In this document: positions 9,347 to 19,745 of the stretch, piece after piece
Numbering within the stretch: the first letter of the stretch is position 1
How the letters are laid out: the number at the start of each line of letters is the position of its first letter
Assembly (NCBI GenBank): GCA_963705505.1
Contig: CAVPJU010000006.1
Location: forward strand, 757,073 to 821,072
Reading direction: 5' to 3'
Source of the DNA: an uncultured bacterium
GTDB lineage: Bacteria > Desulfobacterota_D > UBA1144 > Nemesobacterales > UBA2774
Length of the DNA: 64,000 nt
Program-made: the position numbers and the translations under genes
Notes under the pieces: model-generated
The model's database searches: none
What the model saw: only the letters and a program-made list of their open reading frames with translations
What the model was told of the DNA's origin: nothing

Positions 9347-10783
9347 CTAATCGTTATCTTTTCCCTCGAGTCCTAATTCTTCCATCTTTTTTGAAAGTGT
9401 GTTTCTGTTAATACCGAGTAACTGAGCTGCCTTTTTCTTGTTTCCATTGGTAATTCTCAACAGGGCTTCGATGAGGGGTTTCTCGACTTTTTTGATTATT
9501 TTGTCGTAGATTTGCCCCGGGGAGTCGCCGCCGCCTGTTTCTATTAAATAGTTGAGCTCGTTTGTTATGAGCTGGTCGAACGATTCCTGCTCTCTTCTTC
9601 CCCTTCCTTCGAGGTGCGGCGCGGCCTCGATCAGTGTTTCTTTCGTGATAACGCTGTCGGATGTCAGTACTAGTACGCGCTTTATTATGTTTTCGAGCTC
9701 CCTGACATTGCCGGGCCAGTTATAACTTAGCACGAGCTCTTTGGCGTCGTCGGATACGGTCCTTTTAGCTACCCCCAGCTCTTTTGAATATTTATTCAGG
9801 AAATGGTCTATCAGCGGCACTACGTCCTCTATTCTTCTCCTGAGCGGCGGTATCTCGATCGTTATGGCGTTGAGTCTGTAATAAAGGTCCTCTCTGAACC
9901 TCCCTTCAGACACCTCTTTTTCGAGGTTCTTATTGGTCGATGCTATTATTCTGACGTCGACCGGGGTGGGTCTTTCGCTGCCGAGCCTGTAGAATTTCCT
10001 CTCTTCGAGTATCCGCAGGAGCTTCGTCTGTAGCTCGGGCGGCATGTCCCCGATCTCGTCCAGGTGGAGCGTACCTTTATGGGCTTCTTCGAACCTTCCC
10101 TGTTTTGGCAGGGAGGCTCCGGTGAATGCTCCTTTTTCATACCCGAACAGCTCGCTTTCGAGCAATTCTTTCGGAATGGCCGCTATGTTCACGGCGACCA
10201 TCTTCCCGTCCCTTCTCATGCTGTTTTGGTGTATAGCGCGCGCGACCAGCTCTTTTCCTGTCCCGCTCTCACCTACTACCAGCACGGTTATGTCCCGTTC
10301 GGCGACTCTCCCTATCATCTTATATATGTTGAGCATCACCTGGGATTTGCCGACTATGTCCTGAAGCGAGTCCTCTTCTGCGGATTCGGTCCTTAGCATA
10401 TCGAGCTTCTTCGAGTTCTCGTAGCTTTCTATGGCCCTTTGTACGGTTATTTTGACCTCGTCGAGGTCAAAGGGTTTGGCTATGTAATCATAGGCGCCCT
10501 GCTTCATGGCATCTATTGCGTTCTTAACGGTATTCTGAGCGGTGATAATGATTACCGGAGGATTGATCCCCCTCGACCTGAATTCCCTAAGCACATCGAA
10601 CCCGCTCATATCCGGCATGGTTATATCGAGTACTATCGAAGAAAAACCTTCTGACGATGCGCACTCAAGAGCCTTCGCTCCGTTATCGGCATACCTGACA
10701 AGATAACCCGCCTTTTCGAGGCACTTGCCGAGCACCCACCTGATGCTTTCTTCGTCGTCCACTACCAGTATTTTCTTTTTCAT
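9347..10783 (-). CDS. ntrC: NtrC-family sigma-54 response regulator
   Basis: Receiver domain (VDDE, LDITMP, KPF), GESGTGKE, GAFTGA, WPGNVREL, Fis HTH (LGINRNTL); paired with the upstream kinase. Confidence 0.8.
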   Translation of the reverse strand: MKKKILVVDDEESIRWVLGKCLEKAGYLVRYADNGAKALECASSEGFSSIVLDITMPDMSGFDVLREFRSRGINPPVIIITAQNTVKNAIDAMKQGAYDYIAKPFDLDEVKITVQRAIESYENSKKLDMLRTESAEEDSLQDIVGKSQVMLNIYKMIGRVAERDITVLVVGESGTGKELVARAIHQNSMRRDGKMVAVNIAAIPKELLESELFGYEKGAFTGASLPKQGRFEEAHKGTLHLDEIGDMPPELQTKLLRILEERKFYRLGSERPTPVDVRIIASTNKNLEKEVSEGRFREDLYYRLNAITIEIPPLRRRIEDVVPLIDHFLNKYSKELGVAKRTVSDDAKELVLSYNWPGNVRELENIIKRVLVLTSDSVITKETLIEAAPHLEGRGRREQESFDQLITNELNYLIETGGGDSPGQIYDKIIKKVEKPLIEALLRITNGNKKKAAQLLGINRNTLSKKMEELGLEGKDND

Positions 10784-10848
10784 TTGCTATCTATGGATCC
10801 GCTCCGCGCCTATGACGTTATTATTCAGTTTGCGCTTCCGTTGTAAAC

Positions 10849-11907
10849 TTATAAGCCTGAAATAGGAATGTACACCTTGACGGTCGTGCCGGCTCCCGGT
10901 TCGCTGTCAACGAAAATCGCTCCTCCGTGCTTTGCAATTATCTGATACGCTAAAAACAGACCGAGACCCGAGCCCTCTTTTTTAGTAGTATAAAAGGGGC
11001 TGAATATTTTTTCCAGAGAGTCCTTGGGTATCCCGCTTCCGTTATCCCTGATCTCGACCGACATCGAGTTCTGACCCTTGAGCTTATGTTCCGTCATCCA
11101 TCTGGTGGAGACTTCGACCTGGCCCCTGTCCGGGATCGACTCCGCCGCGTTTTTTATAAGGTTGAGGAAGACCTGCTTCAGGGCGTTCCTGTCCCCGTGT
11201 ATCGGCGGGATCGTTATGTCGTAGTTCTGTTTATATTGTATCCGCTCCCCCGATTTGGACATGGATTCGAGATATATGGTTTCCATCAGCAGCTCATGTA
11301 TGTCTATTAATTCGAACACTTCCTCGGCGAATGGCTCGAGCTGTTTAAGGGTATCGAGCAATGCCCTGAGCCTGTCTGTTTCCTTTGTTATTATCTCCGC
11401 ACATTTTATCGTCTCTTTGTTTGTGGCGTCCTCTGCCAGGAGCTGTGCGGCCCCTCTTATGCCGCTCAGCGGATTCTTCAGCTCATGAGCCAGCCCGAGG
11501 ATAAGATTCTCAAATTTCGAAGCCGATATCTCCTGGATGCTCTTGCTGTTGAGAAATTTCGTCCCCGACATGTCTTTTATCTGGAGTATCGCGCCTTTAA
11601 GGTTCCCCTTGTTCGTAAATAACGGGGAGGCGACTGCCTGGATGGAGATTCGCTCGCCGTTTCTCAAGACCGGGTTTATCTCGTCGCCGATTATTGTACG
11701 TCCCTCTCCCATCGCCATAAGCGCAACGCCCTCGATTTCCTCGGGCATAAACATACTCGAATGCTGACCGCGTGCCTTCTCCCTCGAAATCCTGAAAGTG
11801 CTTTCGGCATTGTCGTTCATGTCGAGCACGTAGAGCTCTTCGTCCATGATAATAATAGATTCGGGTAGCGAATCGAATATCTCTTTAAAGTTAAACTTCT
11901 TTGTCAT
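10849..11907 (-). CDS. ntrB: PAS histidine kinase, NtrB/GlnL-like
   Basis: LAHELKNPLSGIRGAAQLL H-box (NtrB type), NLIKNA, DNGSGIP, GSGLGL. Confidence 0.8.
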   Translation of the reverse strand: MTKKFNFKEIFDSLPESIIIMDEELYVLDMNDNAESTFRISREKARGQHSSMFMPEEIEGVALMAMGEGRTIIGDEINPVLRNGERISIQAVASPLFTNKGNLKGAILQIKDMSGTKFLNSKSIQEISASKFENLILGLAHELKNPLSGIRGAAQLLAEDATNKETIKCAEIITKETDRLRALLDTLKQLEPFAEEVFELIDIHELLMETIYLESMSKSGERIQYKQNYDITIPPIHGDRNALKQVFLNLIKNAAESIPDRGQVEVSTRWMTEHKLKGQNSMSVEIRDNGSGIPKDSLEKIFSPFYTTKKEGSGLGLFLAYQIIAKHGGAIFVDSEPGAGTTVKVYIPISGL

Positions 11908-12069
11908 AGGGTTGGCGGTATTCGATGTGTAGTCCGGGCAGAGCAATCATTGCACGGCGGCGACGGTATTCGCATTTGATTATCTGCCGGATGTGTTACG
12001 GTCGTTTTTCCCCCGTTTCGCAGGAATAAAGAATCTGAGTCCCCCGGGCCGGCCCCTTATCCCCACTTT

Positions 12070-13371
12070 TCAAAGGTCTTCGATCCTGATGAATGTCGTT
12101 TTAGCTCTAATAGTGGAGAACCTGTCTATCTCCTTGAGCGCGGAAAGGATATTCCTCTCCCTGGCCTCGTGAGTCATTATCACGACCGGGACGTCCCCTC
12201 CGCCGAGGTGCCTCCCTTTCTGAATAACCGACTCGATGCTGATCCCGTGCTTTCCGAGGCTCCCGGTAATTTTCCCGAGCACCCCCGGTCTGTCCTCGGC
12301 CTGGAACCTCAAATAGTATTTGTTCGTGGTATCGCTCATTTTTATAAGCGGGGAGGAATCCTTACCGCCGTAAAACCTGGGAGGGGACGAATGAGTGTTC
12401 CCGAGGCAGAGGTCCTTGGCTATCTGCAGCACGTCGCTCACGACAGCGCTAGCTGTGGGCATCATCCCCGCTCCCATGCCGTAGAGCATCGTAGGTCCGA
12501 CCGCGTCCCCGACTATATAGATTGCGTTAAACGCCCCCGAAACATCGGCGAGCTGAGTTTCTTTTTTTACGAGAGCCGGATAGACCCCGGCTTCAAGTCC
12601 GTTTTCCCTTGATTTTGCGATTGCCAGGAGTTTTATCCTGTATCCAAGCTCATCGGCGTAAGCAATGTCAAGGGGTGTGACTCCTCTGATGCCCTCGACA
12701 TGTATTTTGCCGAAGTCTATGAAGATGCCGAATGCCAGCATGATCAGTATGGAAAGCTTGTGCGCGGCGTCGATTCCATCGACGTCAAATGAAGGGTCGG
12801 CCTCGGCGTACCCTTCCTTCTGTGCCTCTTTTAAAACCTCGGCGAATTCCGAGCCTTCTTCGGTCATCTTAGACAGGATGTAATTAGACGTGCCGTTTAT
12901 TATTCCATGAATCGAAAGGATGTTGTTAGCCGCGAAGCTCTCCTGTGTTGCTTTAATGACTGGTATTCCGCCTCCGACGCTTGCCTCAAACCCGACGTCC
13001 ACTCCTTTTTCCGCCGCCGCCTGGAAGATTTCCCTGCCGTGATGGGCAAGAAGGGCTTTGTTGGCTGTAACGACGTGTTTTCCGCTCCTGATGGCCCCGA
13101 GGACGAAATCCTTGGCAATCCCGGTCCCTCCGACGAGCTCGATTATAATATGGATCGATCCGTCCTCTATAAGATCGCGCGCATCTTTCGTCAGCTTGCC
13201 TTTCGGGATTTTTACGGGCCTTTTCCTGTCGGGGTCTATATCGGCTATCTTTTTAAGGTTGATCCTGATCCCCGTCCTCTTCTCGATAATGTCTCTGTTC
13301 TGGCTGAGGACCTTTATAACCCCGCATCCGACTGTACCGGCGCCGATAAGTCCGACATTGACGACATTCAT
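12070..13371 (-). CDS. hom: Homoserine dehydrogenase with ACT domain
   Basis: GAGTVG, VVTANKA, FEASVGGGIP, NGTSNYIL, GYAEADP, ACT domain DRPGVL. Confidence 0.96.
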   Translation of the reverse strand: MNVVNVGLIGAGTVGCGVIKVLSQNRDIIEKRTGIRINLKKIADIDPDRKRPVKIPKGKLTKDARDLIEDGSIHIIIELVGGTGIAKDFVLGAIRSGKHVVTANKALLAHHGREIFQAAAEKGVDVGFEASVGGGIPVIKATQESFAANNILSIHGIINGTSNYILSKMTEEGSEFAEVLKEAQKEGYAEADPSFDVDGIDAAHKLSILIMLAFGIFIDFGKIHVEGIRGVTPLDIAYADELGYRIKLLAIAKSRENGLEAGVYPALVKKETQLADVSGAFNAIYIVGDAVGPTMLYGMGAGMMPTASAVVSDVLQIAKDLCLGNTHSSPPRFYGGKDSSPLIKMSDTTNKYYLRFQAEDRPGVLGKITGSLGKHGISIESVIQKGRHLGGGDVPVVIMTHEARERNILSALKEIDRFSTIRAKTTFIRIEDL

Positions 13372-13478
13372 GAAAATTCTCCTTTCTGATTAGAGCCCAG
13401 GGCGAGTTTAAGCTAGGAATTATACATTATTTTATTTGACTTTAAACGAATGAGGACTTAAATTAAATACCTGTCCGT

Positions 13479-13554
13479 GGGGCCGTAGCTCAGTTGGGAG
13501 AGCGCATGAATGGCATTCATGAGGTCGAGGGTTCGAATCCCTTCGGCTCCACCA
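13479..13554 (+). tRNA. tRNA-Ala (GGC)
   Basis: GGGGCCGTAGCTCAG...anticodon arm CATGA-ATGGCAT-TCATG...GGTTCGAATCC...CTCCACCA; 76 nt. Confidence 0.97.
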
Positions 13555-13675
13555 GCTTATCTCTATGTTCCGCAACCCCCGCATTTTATTAATTCGCCCG
13601 AATCGGTTAAAATGTATTGTTAATATTTAAGTTTTTGGCCATCAATAATCTCTAATCAAGCTGTAAAGTTGGGAT

Positions 13676-14308
13676 ATGGAAAGAGCGATAAAACACATCG
13701 AGTCGAGAGTAAAAGATAAGCAGCTTATAGAAGTCCGCAGAATGGAAATAGTCAAAGCTGCGGTGGAGCTTTTCGTGCGCAAGGGTTTTCATAGGACTAC
13801 TGTGCGGGAGATTGCTCAAAAATTCGGAATGAGCATAGGAACGTTATATGAGTATATAAGAACGAAAGAAGACATACTTTACCTTGTTTGTGATTACATA
13901 CACACGAGTGTAAGTGAGAGGGTCAGACCTTCTTTAGAAATAACCGGCGATACCAGGGAGACTCTGGAAAAGGCTATTAGATCTTACTACGTAATTATCG
14001 ATGAAATGCAGGATTATTTATTATTTCTCTATCAAGAGACAAAGTCTCTGTCCTATCTGGCGAGAAAGTACATCTTTAAAGCTGAAGAAGAAATGACGGC
14101 AATTTTTGAGGAAATTATACATCGAGGAATCGAAGACGGTACTTTTTCCGTTAGTAAAAAAGACGTAAATCTAATTGCCAATGATATTATGGTTTCAGGA
14201 CAAATGTGGGCCTTCCGACGCTGGATGCTGCAAAAAAACTACACACTTGAAAGATTTATAGAAATAAAGTGCGGTCTTATTCTAAGGGAGCTTACCTCTA
14301 AGAGTTAG
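13676..14308 (+). CDS. TetR/AcrR-family transcriptional regulator
   Basis: N-terminal HTH: LFVRKGFHRTTVREIA...SIGTLYEYIRTKEDIL. Confidence 0.93.
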   Translation: MERAIKHIESRVKDKQLIEVRRMEIVKAAVELFVRKGFHRTTVREIAQKFGMSIGTLYEYIRTKEDILYLVCDYIHTSVSERVRPSLEITGDTRETLEKAIRSYYVIIDEMQDYLLFLYQETKSLSYLARKYIFKAEEEMTAIFEEIIHRGIEDGTFSVSKKDVNLIANDIMVSGQMWAFRRWMLQKNYTLERFIEIKCGLILRELTSKS

Positions 14309-14425
14309 ATTCGCTTATCAATTGCCGGAATAGAATCCGGTTTATCCTCGCTTCAGTGCCGATTAATTTCGCAATCCCGGAATACCTCCGTAGTTCGTAA
14401 AGTGGGCGATTATGATATTTACCCG

Positions 14426-14443
14426 GACTGAGCGTTCGTTCAG
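14426..14443. promoter_or_regulatory. Putative TetR operator, site 1
   Basis: GACTGAGCGTTCGTTCAG, an imperfect palindrome and the exact reverse complement of 14604-14621. Confidence 0.65.
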
Positions 14444-14566
14444 ATTATTTAGTTGAAATGGAATACGAGTCGAATGTTAAATCGAAGATGCGCGGTGTTT
14501 ATTAACACTTAACAACCTGTGATCATATAATATATTAACCATCTGAAATTCTTTTTACAAAAATAC

Positions 14567-14621
14567 TTGACAGGGGCATTCGAAATATACTAAGATGGAG
14601 ATACTGAACGAACGCTCAGTC
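14567..14621 (+). promoter_or_regulatory. Sigma-70 promoter with operator site 2 just downstream
   Basis: TTGACA (14567)-N18-TAAGAT (14591), followed by CTGAACGAACGCTCAGTC (14604-14621) at the expected start site. Confidence 0.7.
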
Positions 14622-14664
14622 GCCAAGCATTGGTTCAGAATAATATATAAGGAGGGCAAGTAAA

Positions 14665-15651
14665 ATGGGATTGCAAGCCAATGAATATAGTAATCCTTGG
14701 TTGAGTGAAGGGGAGGTGCCGCCCTTACCGCTCGACAGGGACCGGATTCACATCATAAGCCAGGGTGTCGCCGACCCCTTGTATGATTACGATATTATTC
14801 CGCTCACCTATACGGAGAGCAGATGGATGGCATTCGTCATACGTGCCGATCAGAAGGATATGAAGGCAATTCTCCCTGAGCCTTTAAAACTGGAAGACGA
14901 TGTAATCGAGTTCTGGTACGTCATTCATAGAAATACCATGATAGGACCGTATATGGAGATGGGTGTGACCTTCGCTGCGTCATTAAAGGCACAGGACGGG
15001 GAGACTTATAAAGCGGGGTATTATCCATATATGTATCTTTCTAATGATTCGGGCGTTTCCGCGGGAAGAGAGCCGTTCGGGTTTCCGAAGAAAGCCGCCT
15101 ATATCGCCGCATTCGAACACGGACTCAATAATAATTACTTCAATATGCTTATGGAAAGACGCGGCTATATTCTACATACGGCTAACGGCCGTTATTCCGA
15201 CAAACCACTTTCAGCTAGACCGGCTTTTTATGGGAAAACAGATTGGGGCCGCATGAATTACCGTATCACCACCTATCCCGACGTTACAAACAGCGTACAT
15301 GAGGTTACGTATCTTCCGTCCGATCTCCCTCCGGGCTTCGGAACGGGACACCGCTTCATGATGGATGCCTCAAGCATTCGTACTGCGACCGGCAGGGATA
15401 TTCGTTCCTGGTTTATGCAGGGTACGCCGTTCGATTATATGGGCGGCCAGATACCGGCTAAAGAAGTTGTCGGGATAATCAGCTTCACATTCAACCTGAT
15501 TATTCCGGGGGCCAAGACCATTTGGACTAAGGTGGTGAAGAGAGATCCGGAGAAGGATTTCGGATCGCTTCTTTATTCCACTCCGTTCAAATACACCATG
15601 CGCCATCGCTTCATGGTCCCGATGTACAGTCAGGGGGGAATGCTGAAGTAG
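14665..15651 (+). CDS. Acetoacetate decarboxylase (ADC) superfamily protein
   Basis: ILPEPL, GPYME, YMYLSND, GREPFGFPKK (Schiff-base Lys motif); AAGGAGG RBS. Confidence 0.8.
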   Translation: MGLQANEYSNPWLSEGEVPPLPLDRDRIHIISQGVADPLYDYDIIPLTYTESRWMAFVIRADQKDMKAILPEPLKLEDDVIEFWYVIHRNTMIGPYMEMGVTFAASLKAQDGETYKAGYYPYMYLSNDSGVSAGREPFGFPKKAAYIAAFEHGLNNNYFNMLMERRGYILHTANGRYSDKPLSARPAFYGKTDWGRMNYRITTYPDVTNSVHEVTYLPSDLPPGFGTGHRFMMDASSIRTATGRDIRSWFMQGTPFDYMGGQIPAKEVVGIISFTFNLIIPGAKTIWTKVVKRDPEKDFGSLLYSTPFKYTMRHRFMVPMYSQGGMLK

Positions 15652-15744
15652 GACGTTAGACCACAAGCCGTATTGGAAGCCGGCTTGTGTACAGGAGTGA
15701 ATAATCAAATTATTTGTCGTAGACCCATTGCATGATTGCCTCTT

Positions 15745-15788
15745 ATTCCTATCCTGTGATGTCCCGATGGGCGTTACAGGATAGGAAT
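15745..15788 (+). terminator. Long hairpin after the ADC-family gene
   Basis: 20-bp stem with three G-U pairs, ATTCCTATCCTGTGATGTCC-CGAT-GGGCGTTACAGGATAGGAAT. Confidence 0.55.
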
Positions 15789-16087
15789 TAATATAGGAGA
15801 GTTCTAATCATTGGTTAAGGCAAAGGGTAATAAATATTGTTAAAATAGCGTCAAATAAAAAAATAATTCTCATGTATGAGCCGCTTGAATTTAATCCTGC
15901 ATTTTTAGGTGAACGAGCGTATGTTCAATAAGCTGACGGCGTAATTTGGTCGGGAATTAGTTTGTATGGGTTCTCGGATTAATCTCTACATTAAATCAAA
16001 GCCGCTTTAACAGAAATATGCCGATAGTATGTTCCTTGAAGTTGCGGTCATGCGATTGGCAGACGAATTTAATTTTTAAGCTGAGAG

Positions 16088-17761
16088 GTGTCAATGACTT
16101 TTGAAAATATGGAGATGAAAAGATTGAAGAAGGCTAAAGAACTTTGGGAGAAAGAATATGAAAATGTTCCCAAAAGAGAAGAGGATTTTACGACTATATC
16201 GGGCATGAAGGTACCGCCGCTCGTAACCCCTCTGGACTTAAACGGCTTTGACTATGCGAGCGCTTTGGGATTCCCCGGCTCCTATCCCTTCACGCGCGGG
16301 ATACACAGCACGATGTACCGGGGACGACTCTGGACCATGCGTCAGTTTGCCGGCTTCGGGACACCCGAGGACACGAACAGCAGGTTTAAATATCTGCTCG
16401 GGCAGGGACAGACGGGTCTAAGCACAGCCTTCGACATGCCCACACTCATGGGTTATGACTCCGACCACGAGCGCTCGAGGGGAGAAGTAGGCAGGGAAGG
16501 GGTTTCTGTTTCCTCACTTGAGGACATGGAGGTCCTGTTCGACGGGATAGAGCTCGATAAAGTGACGACATCAATGACTATAAACTGCAGCGCTTCAATA
16601 ATTTTCGCCATGTATCTCGTCATGGCGGAGAAGAAAGGGGTCAGCTTGGGAAAGCTCAGGGGGACACTACAGAACGATATGTTAAAGGAATTCATCGCTC
16701 AGCGAGAATGGATATCACCCCCTGAGCCTTCCGTAAAAATAGTGATAGATGTTATAGAGTTCTGTGCGAAAGAGGTTCCGAACTGGCATCCCGTTTCGAT
16801 CTCGGGTTACCATATCCGGGAGGCGGGGTCCACTGCTGTACAGGAACTCGCGTTTACGCTTGCAGACGGGATCGGCTATGTGGAGGAAAGCCTCAAGCGC
16901 GGTCTCGACGTCGATGAGTTCGCGCCGCGCCTGTCTTTCTTCTTCAATGTCCATAACGATTTTCTCGAAGAGATTGCAAAGTTCCGCGCTGCGAGGAGGA
17001 TGTGGGCTAAGATTATGAGGGACCGGTTTGGAGCGAAAAACCCGAAATCCTGGATACTGAAAACTCATGCGCAGACGGCGGGGGCGAGTCTCACGGCGCA
17101 GCAGCCTTTAAACAATATAGCCAGAGTGACTATCCAGGCGCTGGCGGCGGTGTTAGGCGGGACACAGTCCCTGCATACGAATTCCATGGACGAAACGCTC
17201 GCTTTGCCGACGGAGGAGGCTGTAACGGTAGCCCTCAGGACACAGCAGATAATCGCCGAAGAGAGCGGGGTTATAAATTCAATCGATCCGTTCGGCGGTA
17301 GTTACGTCATCGAGTCTCTGACGGACAGGACCGAGAAGGAGGCTTTTGCATATATCGAAAAAATAGATCAGCTCGGGGGGATAATCAGGGCGATCGAAAT
17401 GGGGTTTCCGCAGAAGGAGATTGCGGACGCGGCATACAAATACCAGAGGGAGCTCGACGCCGAGATAAAGACGATAGTCGGGGTTAATAAATATTCTACG
17501 GACGAAGAGGTCTCCATCCCGACCCTTAAAATTGAGGATACCGTAGAGGCGGGTCAGAGTGAAAAGCTGAGACAGCTGAAAAGAATCAGGAATAACAGGG
17601 CCGTGAAAGCAAGACTCGAAGATGTTCTGATGGCTGCCCGTCGAGGAAATAATTTAATGCCCTCCATTATCGACGCCGTCAGGGAGTATGCGACTTTAGG
17701 GGAGATAAGCGATATTTTCAGGGAAGTGTACGGGGTCTATCGGGACCCGGGTTATTTTTAA
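16088..17761 (+). CDS. B12-dependent acyl-CoA mutase large subunit, isobutyryl-CoA mutase (IcmA)-like
   Basis: [51 protein letters not shown]. Confidence 0.92.
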   Translation: MSMTFENMEMKRLKKAKELWEKEYENVPKREEDFTTISGMKVPPLVTPLDLNGFDYASALGFPGSYPFTRGIHSTMYRGRLWTMRQFAGFGTPEDTNSRFKYLLGQGQTGLSTAFDMPTLMGYDSDHERSRGEVGREGVSVSSLEDMEVLFDGIELDKVTTSMTINCSASIIFAMYLVMAEKKGVSLGKLRGTLQNDMLKEFIAQREWISPPEPSVKIVIDVIEFCAKEVPNWHPVSISGYHIREAGSTAVQELAFTLADGIGYVEESLKRGLDVDEFAPRLSFFFNVHNDFLEEIAKFRAARRMWAKIMRDRFGAKNPKSWILKTHAQTAGASLTAQQPLNNIARVTIQALAAVLGGTQSLHTNSMDETLALPTEEAVTVALRTQQIIAEESGVINSIDPFGGSYVIESLTDRTEKEAFAYIEKIDQLGGIIRAIEMGFPQKEIADAAYKYQRELDAEIKTIVGVNKYSTDEEVSIPTLKIEDTVEAGQSEKLRQLKRIRNNRAVKARLEDVLMAARRGNNLMPSIIDAVREYATLGEISDIFREVYGVYRDPGYF

Positions 17762-17796
17762 TTACGGTTATCTAATACGAGCGCAGAGGAATTATA

Positions 17797-18207
17797 ATGG
17801 GAAATGAGAGAACAATAAGGATTCTGGTTGGGAAGGTCGGGCTCGACGGTCACGACAGGGGAGTTAAAATAATCTCGAGGGCTTTGAGAGACGCAGGTTA
17901 TGAAGTAATTTACACGGGTCTCCACAATACTCCTCAAGTAGTCGTTGAAATGGCTGTTCAGGAGGATGTCGATGCCGTCGGGATAAGTATTCTTTCCGGG
18001 GCTCACAACTACATATTCCCGGAAATAATAAGACTCTTTAAGGAGAAAGGGATCGATGATGTCACTTTATTCGGCGGCGGCATTGTACCCAAAAAAGATA
18101 TTGAAACTCTCAAGGAAAAGGGCGTTAAAGCCATCTTTGAACCCGGAGCTTCGACGGATGAAATAGTCAATTGGGTGAGGGAAAACGTGACCCCGAGGGA
18201 ATTATGA
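17797..18207 (+). CDS. Cobalamin-binding small subunit of the acyl-CoA mutase (IcmB-like)
   Basis: DGHDRG B12-binding motif, SILSGAH, GGIVP. Confidence 0.94.
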   Translation: MGNERTIRILVGKVGLDGHDRGVKIISRALRDAGYEVIYTGLHNTPQVVVEMAVQEDVDAVGISILSGAHNYIFPEIIRLFKEKGIDDVTLFGGGIVPKKDIETLKEKGVKAIFEPGASTDEIVNWVRENVTPREL

Positions 18208-18263
18208 ACGAATGGTGGTTTCTGGTTCTCCAGGCAAGGAATTTTGACTTGCTGTCTCCCTCG

Positions 18264-19174
18264 TCAGTTCGCTTCCCATTCCTCGGATAATATTTTTATA
18301 TTCAGAGATTCACAAGGTTGAGGACTCAGGTCGATGGCACTGAGGTCCAGCAGATCAACTCCTTTCAGATCGATGTCGTAGGCTTTCTCCCCGGTTCCCT
18401 CAACCGCGTGCCTGAAAACTTCTCTCCCGTCGCCCGTGATTTTCAATTCCACCTTGCTGGAAATATCGCAGTGTTTGTTGATTGAAGGCAGAATTTTCAT
18501 ATTCTTCAAATATCCCTTAAAGCTGAACTCCGTCTCCGTCGGCTGGTTACCGTTCAGGTTCACTGAAATATTCGCATCCGGGGAAAATAGTATTTCGGTA
18601 TTTTTTTTCGCCTCGCTCTTTTCCGTCAAAAACAGATTCAACGGTAAGATGTCGTAACGTTTTGACATCTCCGGATAATAAGCCAGAAACTCATTTAACA
18701 CGTCCGTTATTTCTGGGTAATCCGGCGGATTTTCTTCTCGTATACGACTCCATAATTCAGTAAATAATATTGTTTTGAGAAATCCTTGTCTCCGTTTAAC
18801 AGGTCTTGAAAACAAATTTCCGTTTCACATTCAGCAAAAGAATCTCCGTAAAGAAGTACCGGAGTCCTGCCTGCAATCCTTTCATCGCCGATGTGTCTAT
18901 AATTTTCGCGGTCAAAATCACCCACCCAGCCGAGTAAAGGGTGTGGATGCTCAGGGGGTTTATATATATCCCCAATTTTATATCTCAGTTTCCAGTAATC
19001 ATCATCAGAAAAATAGTCGCCATAGAATGAGGGTTCCCTGAATCTCTTCTCGGCAACGTTTAAATGATGCAAAACAACAAGTCTGATAAATATTTCCGCC
19101 ATTCCAAATGAAGCAATAATCGAGACTGTTATCAGAATTAGACCGTAAGCTATTATTCTCTGCCGAGATACCAT
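18264..19174 (-). pseudogene. Disrupted exported protein: SGNH-like N-terminus and possible NPCBM-like carbohydrate-binding C-terminus in different frames
   Basis: ORF 18707..19174 has a TM segment, HPLLGW, YGDSF and NYGV, then breaks; ORF 18264..18815 continues in another frame (IDLKGVDLLDL). Confidence 0.45.
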
Positions 19175-19299
19175 AATATTTCAGAATCAGTAATCAATGA
19201 GGCTTTGTTTTACAAAATGTCATAGATATATTAATAATACTGTAAGCTTCCCAATTAGGTCGACAGTTACAAAGAAGAATTTTAGCTGTTACCTGTACC

Positions 19300-19745
19300 C
19301 GGAACAGGCTTGGCAGCGACCCGCCGAGCGAATCATGAATATATTATAACCTCTGAGCCAGTCATTGGCCATGTCCCATACTTGCTCGAGATCTCTGAAT
19401 AATTATGCATCTAACACCTCCTCACGATATGCTCTTGAAACGTTCAGTATATGCGTTCTGTGTCTTTGCCCGGCTGTATACAGAACATCTCGATGCTGCG
19501 ATCCCGGCACCAGTCAACGAATCTTTGAGAAGTCAGCTCCGGACTTTTGTCATAGCCAATCGCCTCCGGCGGACCTCGCCACGCACAAAATTCCCCCGTC
19601 CCCCGCCATTCCAGTGGGCAACGAAGTGCCGATAACCATATTCAACGCCTCACATACATACTCGTCTAGTACGTTGAGTGCCGAAGCGTTCTCCAAATAC
19701 AACGTACCACTCATAAAATCCAATCACAATAGCCAATTCTGTGAA
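19300..19745 (-). mobile_element. IS3-family transposase (OrfB integrase core) remnant
   Basis: Minus-strand frames give LDFMSG..LNVLDEY.EAL..CAWRGPPEAIGYDKSPELTSQRFVDWC..IQPGK/TQNAYTERF/YREEVLDA*LF..W..YN, with frameshifts and a stop. Confidence 0.85.
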
